Assembly (NCBI GenBank): GCA_035501695.1
Contig: DATJVT010000240.1
Coordinates: 1,389-65,388 of the forward strand
DNA length: 64,000 nucleotides
Source of the DNA: Terriglobia bacterium
GTDB taxonomy: Bacteria; Acidobacteriota; Terriglobia; UBA7540
Reading direction: 5' to 3'
In this document: piece after piece, positions 59,532-64,000 of the stretch
How the letters are laid out: each line of letters begins with the position of its first letter
How positions within the stretch are numbered: position 1 is the first letter of the stretch
Made by a program: the position numbers and the translations under genes
Notes under the pieces: model-generated
What the model was told of the DNA's origin: nothing
What the model saw: only the letters and a program-made list of their open reading frames with translations
Databases searched by the model: none

Positions 59532-60479
59532 TCATCGCGCGTGCTCGGCCACAAACGCCATCGCATCTTCATAAATCTTTGTTTGTTCACTCGCGGCAAC
59601 CCCGTACAGTCCATGGCCGCCTCCGGGAACGGAGATGAATTTGTGCGGCACCTTGATGTGCGAAAGGGCTTTGTCCATCGCATCAGATTCCGCGTACGGC
59701 ACGTCGGTGTCAGCCGTGCCATGAATCAAAACGGTGGGGGGGTACTTGCCGGAAACATTGCGCACCGGGCAATAGCGGTCGAACCAGGTGGGTTCGGTGT
59801 CGGGATTGTGCCCGGCGACTTCCTGCGGCCAGATGCCGTTCTGGCGAGAATAAAGGTAGAACCTGCCGCGCGAGCCGGCGCCTTCGGAAACACACGTGGT
59901 CCCCACAGAGGCGTACGCGTTCTCCCTGGAAACATGCGGCTGTTGCAGGTAGAAAGGGCTGGGACGGCTATACCACGGACCGGTGATGTCGCCATATCCG
60001 GAGACGGCGATGAGCGCGCGAGGGCGGGGCTTCACACAGAACCCCGTCATTAACGTCAGGTATCCTCCTGCCGACCCGCCGGCCACCACCAACTTTCCCG
60101 CGTCGATGTTGAGCAGCCGCGGGCCTTTCTTGTGGATCCAGCGGAAGGCGTCCTGAACGTCCTCAATGATCGCGGGCAATTTGGTTTCCGGCGCCAGGCG
60201 GTAGTCGATGGAGATCAGCACGTTGTCGCCCTTCGGGTTGAGCCACCAGGGGGGATTCTGGCGGGATCCGATGATCAAGGCGCCACCGTGAATATGAACG
60301 ATCACGGGTTTCCTGACTTTGGGGTCTGCGCCCCAGGCGTCCAACTTGATTTCACAGCCACCCGCGGTCTTATAGGTGAAGGTCTTGGCGCCGGGCCGTT
60401 CTTCTCCCCAAACCGCGCGCGGGACGAGGAGGGACGTGGCCACGGACGCCATCGTCTTCAGGAATTCGTGTCGGTTCAT
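59532..60479 (-). CDS. Secreted alpha/beta hydrolase (esterase/lipase-like)
   Basis: 315 aa with signal MNRHEFLKTMASVATSLLVPRAVWG, an HGGA oxyanion motif, the GGSAGG nucleophile elbow, and a C-terminal HG..D... Confidence 0.8.
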   Translation of the reverse strand: MNRHEFLKTMASVATSLLVPRAVWGEERPGAKTFTYKTAGGCEIKLDAWGADPKVRKPVIVHIHGGALIIGSRQNPPWWLNPKGDNVLISIDYRLAPETKLPAIIEDVQDAFRWIHKKGPRLLNIDAGKLVVAGGSAGGYLTLMTGFCVKPRPRALIAVSGYGDITGPWYSRPSPFYLQQPHVSRENAYASVGTTCVSEGAGSRGRFYLYSRQNGIWPQEVAGHNPDTEPTWFDRYCPVRNVSGKYPPTVLIHGTADTDVPYAESDAMDKALSHIKVPHKFISVPGGGHGLYGVAASEQTKIYEDAMAFVAEHAR

Positions 60480-60498
60480 CGTCCTCCTCCGCAGACAG

Positions 60499-61827
60499 CT
60501 ATCGACTCTGCCCGTCCAAGTAGGTCAGCACCGCGCGGGTCAGGTCGTCCCCACCTTCTTCGGTATAGGGTGAAACACTGGGCTCGTAACCCCCGTAGGC
60601 GAACTCCGCCCTGGTGGGGAGATAACCCAGCCAGCCGTTGGTATAACCGAAGTAGAACGTATAGGGAAAGGGAGAATGGTTGCGCACGTTCATGGAGATC
60701 TCGCAGAAGAGTTCCAGAGGCGCGGCCCAGATGGCGACGTCCTTATTGATGCGCAGGAAGCGCACGGGAAGGCGAACCACGTTGGCTCCAGCGCTGGTGG
60801 TGCGCGTGTATTCGGCGAGGTCCGGGATCCAATCCAGGCCCGCTTTGCGCGGAGTTTCCACCGTCGTCTCTCCGAGAGCGAGCGAAACATCCGGGGTTGT
60901 GGGGCCCAGGCGCGCGTTGGCCGCAAGGATCGGGTCGCCGACCAGGACTTCAAACTGCTCCAGGTGGCCGCTCTTGAAGTCGGGGTAAACGGTGTAAATC
61001 GGAGCCTGGTTTCCCGCCGCTCCATTGATATAGAGCATAGGAACTCCCAGCTTCTCTTCCACATAATCCGCCACGACCCCCGGCGCGTCGCCGGTAATCA
61101 ACGTGTTCGGCGGTCCGAGAACGGTGCCATGCATCCCGTAGTTGACGATCAAGGCCAGTAATTTTCCATCCGCCTTCTCCAGGCGCAGCAATCCAATCTG
61201 GTGGTCGACGGGGCCGTCAGGATTGAGACCTAAGAAGGCCGGCCCTTCCTTGTTGCGGGCGCGACGGTTGATGGTGGCATTCGCATACCCCCAACCCACT
61301 CCCAGGCGCGCCGGCTCGAGCTTCTCCCGCGCCTCCCGCACCCCATCGAGCAATTGCTTTTTCACCTGGGCCGTGTATTCGGTGTTGTGATCGTGATCGT
61401 ACCGGCCTTTCAGGAAGACTCGTCCCAGCCCCGGCGGCCCTACTTCCGGCGCGGAATGCGTGTGCGTGACGCTCCACCACACTTGCAATCGGTTGATTCC
61501 CATTTGCGTGGAGAGGTCGCGCGCGATTTCGTCATAGACGGCCGGCGAATAGAGGCAGATATCAGTCGAAATCAGGTAGAACTGCGTCTTCCCGTCGTCC
61601 AAGGCGACGATGCGATGGTAGAGGCGGTCGTGCACTCCCGTCGACTGTCGCGGGTCGTAGCCCAGCAACCATTGCGGCTTGTCCGGCGTGATGTCAATCT
61701 TGACCGCCGAGGCGCGAAACTGGCCGGCCGCGGCAGCGCCTGCCACCAGCGACATCGCCGCGATGAGGGCAATCATCATGAGTTTGAATTTCTGGAGGGA
61801 GGCTTCTCCTCGTGATCTCACTAACAT
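60499..61827 (-). CDS. Neutral/alkaline ceramidase-like secreted hydrolase
   Basis: 442 aa with a signal peptide, ...IDITPDKPQWLLGY...GVHDRLYHRIVALDD... and THTHSAP. Confidence 0.55.
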   Translation of the reverse strand: MLVRSRGEASLQKFKLMMIALIAAMSLVAGAAAAGQFRASAVKIDITPDKPQWLLGYDPRQSTGVHDRLYHRIVALDDGKTQFYLISTDICLYSPAVYDEIARDLSTQMGINRLQVWWSVTHTHSAPEVGPPGLGRVFLKGRYDHDHNTEYTAQVKKQLLDGVREAREKLEPARLGVGWGYANATINRRARNKEGPAFLGLNPDGPVDHQIGLLRLEKADGKLLALIVNYGMHGTVLGPPNTLITGDAPGVVADYVEEKLGVPMLYINGAAGNQAPIYTVYPDFKSGHLEQFEVLVGDPILAANARLGPTTPDVSLALGETTVETPRKAGLDWIPDLAEYTRTTSAGANVVRLPVRFLRINKDVAIWAAPLELFCEISMNVRNHSPFPYTFYFGYTNGWLGYLPTRAEFAYGGYEPSVSPYTEEGGDDLTRAVLTYLDGQSR

Positions 61828-62181
61828 GGCACACCCCTTTCGCGAGGTCTTGGCCGGAAGCCTGGGCAGCGACCCTGGGATTCATGCTTCTAACCAGCTT
61901 TATTATCACCAACATCGTTTCAAAGACTGGTTTTGACGCCATCATACCCCAAGCATCATGGCGCGGGGTTGTCCTTGCCCGCTTACCTGGCTTTCTCTGG
62001 CAAACCCGCAAAAGGATCCCACCGAATCCGGCTTTGAGGTGAGCTCCTCTCGGAGGGGGGGCAAATCTGTGCAACCTGGCCTCGCCAAACTTGTAGTCTA
62101 GTGCAGAGGCCAGGCCCTCTGTCAAGGGAAATCTCGCCAAAATTCGCAACTTTGGCTAAAAAACCGCCAATATGTCTCTGT

Positions 62182-62210
62182 CATTTCCTGCCGGCAGGAA
62201 ATGGTTTTTT
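62182..62210 (+). terminator. Orphan intrinsic terminator (9-bp stem, CCGG loop, T6 tract)
   Basis: CATTTCCTG-CCGG-CAGGAAATG is followed by G and TTTTTT (62205-62210). No annotated plus-strand gene ends here. The next plus-strand gene starts 150 nt downstream, past a possible promoter. Confidence 0.6.
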
Positions 62211-62360
62211 CGTCTGGCGCGCCGCCGCCACCCCTCGCCTGCATTTCCTTGCCGCCCCGGCTGAGATTATGTAAAAATGCTCTGTGAAGGTTGGTGAACG
62301 CGGGAACACAGTCGCGCGCGCCTTCCTGCTGGGGGCAAACCACGCATCCGAGGAGAGTCA

Positions 62361-63116
62361 GTGCATCCTGACCTTAAGGCCGTCGTCAACGTCCAGCAAC
62401 TTGACCGGGAGGTTGCGGACCTGACGGCGCAGATTGATTCCCTGCCCAAGCAAATCCATACCCTGCAATCGCAACTGGATGAATTCATGCACGATCACGA
62501 AGAGCGGAAGAAACGCCTGGCCGCCAATCTCAAAGAACGGAAAGACCTGGAAGGAGAGGTGAAGGTCATCCAGGAGAAGATCACCAAGCACAAAGACCAA
62601 CTTTACCAGGTGAAAACCAACGATCAATATAAGGCCATGCTGAAGGAGATTGCGGGAGAAGAGTCCAACATCCGCAAGATTGAGGACGTGGTCCTGGAAA
62701 GGATGATCGAGGCAGAGGACATCCAGAAGCATGTGCAGGAAGCGGCCGCGCGGCTGGACGGCGAAAAAGCGCGGGTTGCGAAGGAAATCAAGCGCCTGGA
62801 AGACGAACGCGCGAAGGACGTGGAGGAACGCGAAGGGCTGCAAGGCCAGCGGAAGCAAGTGGCCGCGGGTCTGGCCGAATCTGTCCTGGCACTCTACGAA
62901 CGCATTCGTAGTTACCGCACCGGCGCGGCCGTTGCGGAGGTCCGCGACGGCCTCTGCACCGCCTGCAACGTGCTGCTGCGGCCCCAGGTTTACAACGAAG
63001 TCCGCAGCAACAATGCCGTCTTGACCTGCGAAAACTGCAGCCGCATCCTCTTTTACCCGGAGCCGCCTCCCGAGGAACTGGCCGCAGGCGACCAGAGCGC
63101 CGGGGCCATGCCGTGA
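62361..63116 (+). CDS. COG1579-type coiled-coil protein with C-terminal C4 zinc ribbon
   Basis: 251 aa with a GTG start, a long coiled coil, then CTACNVLLRPQ...CENCSRILF. Confidence 0.75.
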   Translation: MHPDLKAVVNVQQLDREVADLTAQIDSLPKQIHTLQSQLDEFMHDHEERKKRLAANLKERKDLEGEVKVIQEKITKHKDQLYQVKTNDQYKAMLKEIAGEESNIRKIEDVVLERMIEAEDIQKHVQEAAARLDGEKARVAKEIKRLEDERAKDVEEREGLQGQRKQVAAGLAESVLALYERIRSYRTGAAVAEVRDGLCTACNVLLRPQVYNEVRSNNAVLTCENCSRILFYPEPPPEELAAGDQSAGAMP

Positions 63117-63122
63117 GAAAGG

Positions 63123-63239
63123 CAGTGGTTGGTGGGTAGTGGTTAGTGGCTAGTGCTTAGTGGTTGGGGGCTGGGTGCTGAGGACTCTCGGCTACATCCT
63201 GCGAACCACGAGCCACTCACCACTTGCCACTAACCATTG
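63123..63239 (+). repeat. Heptamer-arm hairpin element E13 (CAGTGGT/TGGTGGG/TAGTGGT/TAGTGGC/TAGTGCT/TAGTGGT... versus AACCACG/AGCCACT/CACCACT/TGCCACT/AACCATT)
   Basis: It starts 6 nt after the COG1579 stop and ends 8 nt before the RNase H ATG. A 29-position helix (63123-63151 with 63211-63239) has 24 Watson-Crick pairs, 2 G:U and 3 mismatches on plus-strand RNA. A further 6-bp helix forms between 63160-63165 and 63204-63209. Confidence 0.85.
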
Positions 63240-63247
63240 CATTGCAC

Positions 63248-63868
63248 ATGTCAACATCTCCCGAAATCATCGCCCACGTCGATGGTGGTTCGCGCGGCAA
63301 CCCGGGCCCTGCCGCTTACGGTGTGTTCATCAAGACCCCACAGGGCAAGCCCGTCACGGCGTTTGGCCGGTACCTGGGCGAAACGACCAACAATTTTGCG
63401 GAATACCAGGGACTGCTGGCTGCCCTGGAATACGCGCTGAACCACGGCTACGCGCGCCTGCGGGTGTTTACGGATTCGGAGTTGATGGCCCGGCAGATTG
63501 CGGGACGCTATAAGGTCCGCAGCCCTGACCTGAAGCCGCTGTACGGCAGAGCGCAGGCGATGATCTCCCGCTTGGAGTCGTTCTCCATTCAGCATGTGTA
63601 TCGCGAGCACAATCGCGAGGCCGATGGGTTGGCCAATAAAGCCATGGACGATGCCGAGCGCGGGATATTCCCGCCCGAACCCGCGCCGCGCACCCCGCCG
63701 CCCAAAGCGCCCACATCTGCCGACCGTCCGCCGCAGACCCTTGGTTCGACGCCGGCAAAACCCCTGGCTATTTCGGCCACCTTCCAGAACGGTGTGCTGC
63801 ATCCCCACACCCAATTGCCGTTGCTGGGCGGCGAGGAAGTGGAATTGGAAATCCGGCGAAAGAAATAG
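63248..63868 (+). CDS. RNase HI-family ribonuclease fused through a Pro-rich linker to a DUF104/AF2212-like C-terminal domain
   Basis: ATG 63248 gives MSTSPEIIAHVDGGSRGNPGPAAYG.... Candidate DEDD residues lie in DGG, AEY, TDSEL and EADGLAN. The linker is PPEPAPRTPPPKAPTSADRPPQ. The tail ISATFQNGVLHPHTQLPLLGGEEVELEI matches the DUF104 pattern (Y/F-ENGVL-P...L.EG..V.I). Confidence 0.75.
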   Translation: MSTSPEIIAHVDGGSRGNPGPAAYGVFIKTPQGKPVTAFGRYLGETTNNFAEYQGLLAALEYALNHGYARLRVFTDSELMARQIAGRYKVRSPDLKPLYGRAQAMISRLESFSIQHVYREHNREADGLANKAMDDAERGIFPPEPAPRTPPPKAPTSADRPPQTLGSTPAKPLAISATFQNGVLHPHTQLPLLGGEEVELEIRRKK

Positions 63869-63966
63869 ACTGTATAATGAACATGTAAGTGGGCGCGGTC
63901 TGCCGGCGGCACTTTGACAAGAATCCATTCGGAAGTGAAGAACAAATCCCAGGGAGAGGCGTCTTA

Positions 63967-64000
63967 ATGGCACAGCGCATGGTGAAATGCATCAAGCTGC
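63967..64000 (+). CDS. Start of a CDS, possibly YggX-like Fe(2+)-trafficking protein (only 11 codons visible)
   Basis: ATG 63967 gives MAQRMVKCIKL..., which resembles the YggX N-terminus (M.R.V.C.KL). Far too short to be sure. Confidence 0.25.
   Translation, partial: MAQRMVKCIKL

Overview
High-GC bacterial chromosomal segment, probably from an Acidobacteriota-type genome. That placement is an inference from an ADOP-type duplicated FtsX permease, a Tat-signal Gfo/Idh/MocA plus TIM-barrel isomerase pair, and many TPR membrane proteins. Most of the window is housekeeping. It holds the yceD-rpmF-plsX-fabH-fabD-fabG-acpP-fabF operon and a System I cytochrome c maturation cluster (ccmE-F-H, two CcmI-like genes, ccmA-B-C-D). 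It also holds leuA-leuB with a divergent LysR regulator, thiC, efp, argJ, rapZ and a selenocysteine-encoding selD. Accessory content includes a run of six GT-C-like polytopic membrane proteins at 10.0-21.4 kb; four are TMTC/DUF1736-like paralogs with C-terminal TPR domains. Other accessory items are a ParE/RHH toxin-antitoxin pair, two tandem thymidylate-kinase-like genes beside a CHAD protein, two tandem KdpD-N-terminal-domain-only genes, a degraded DUF4139 pseudogene and a lower-GC non-coding island. No transposase, integrase, CRISPR array, tRNA or rRNA was recognised. The most unusual signal is non-coding. At least 13 intergenic sites carry tandem heptanucleotide arrays. Usually these occur as two reverse-complementary arrays forming a long hairpin that starts at or next to the stop codon of the upstream gene, with a different heptamer at each locus. 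All start codons and motifs were derived by eye from the sequence and ORF track, and no database search was possible.
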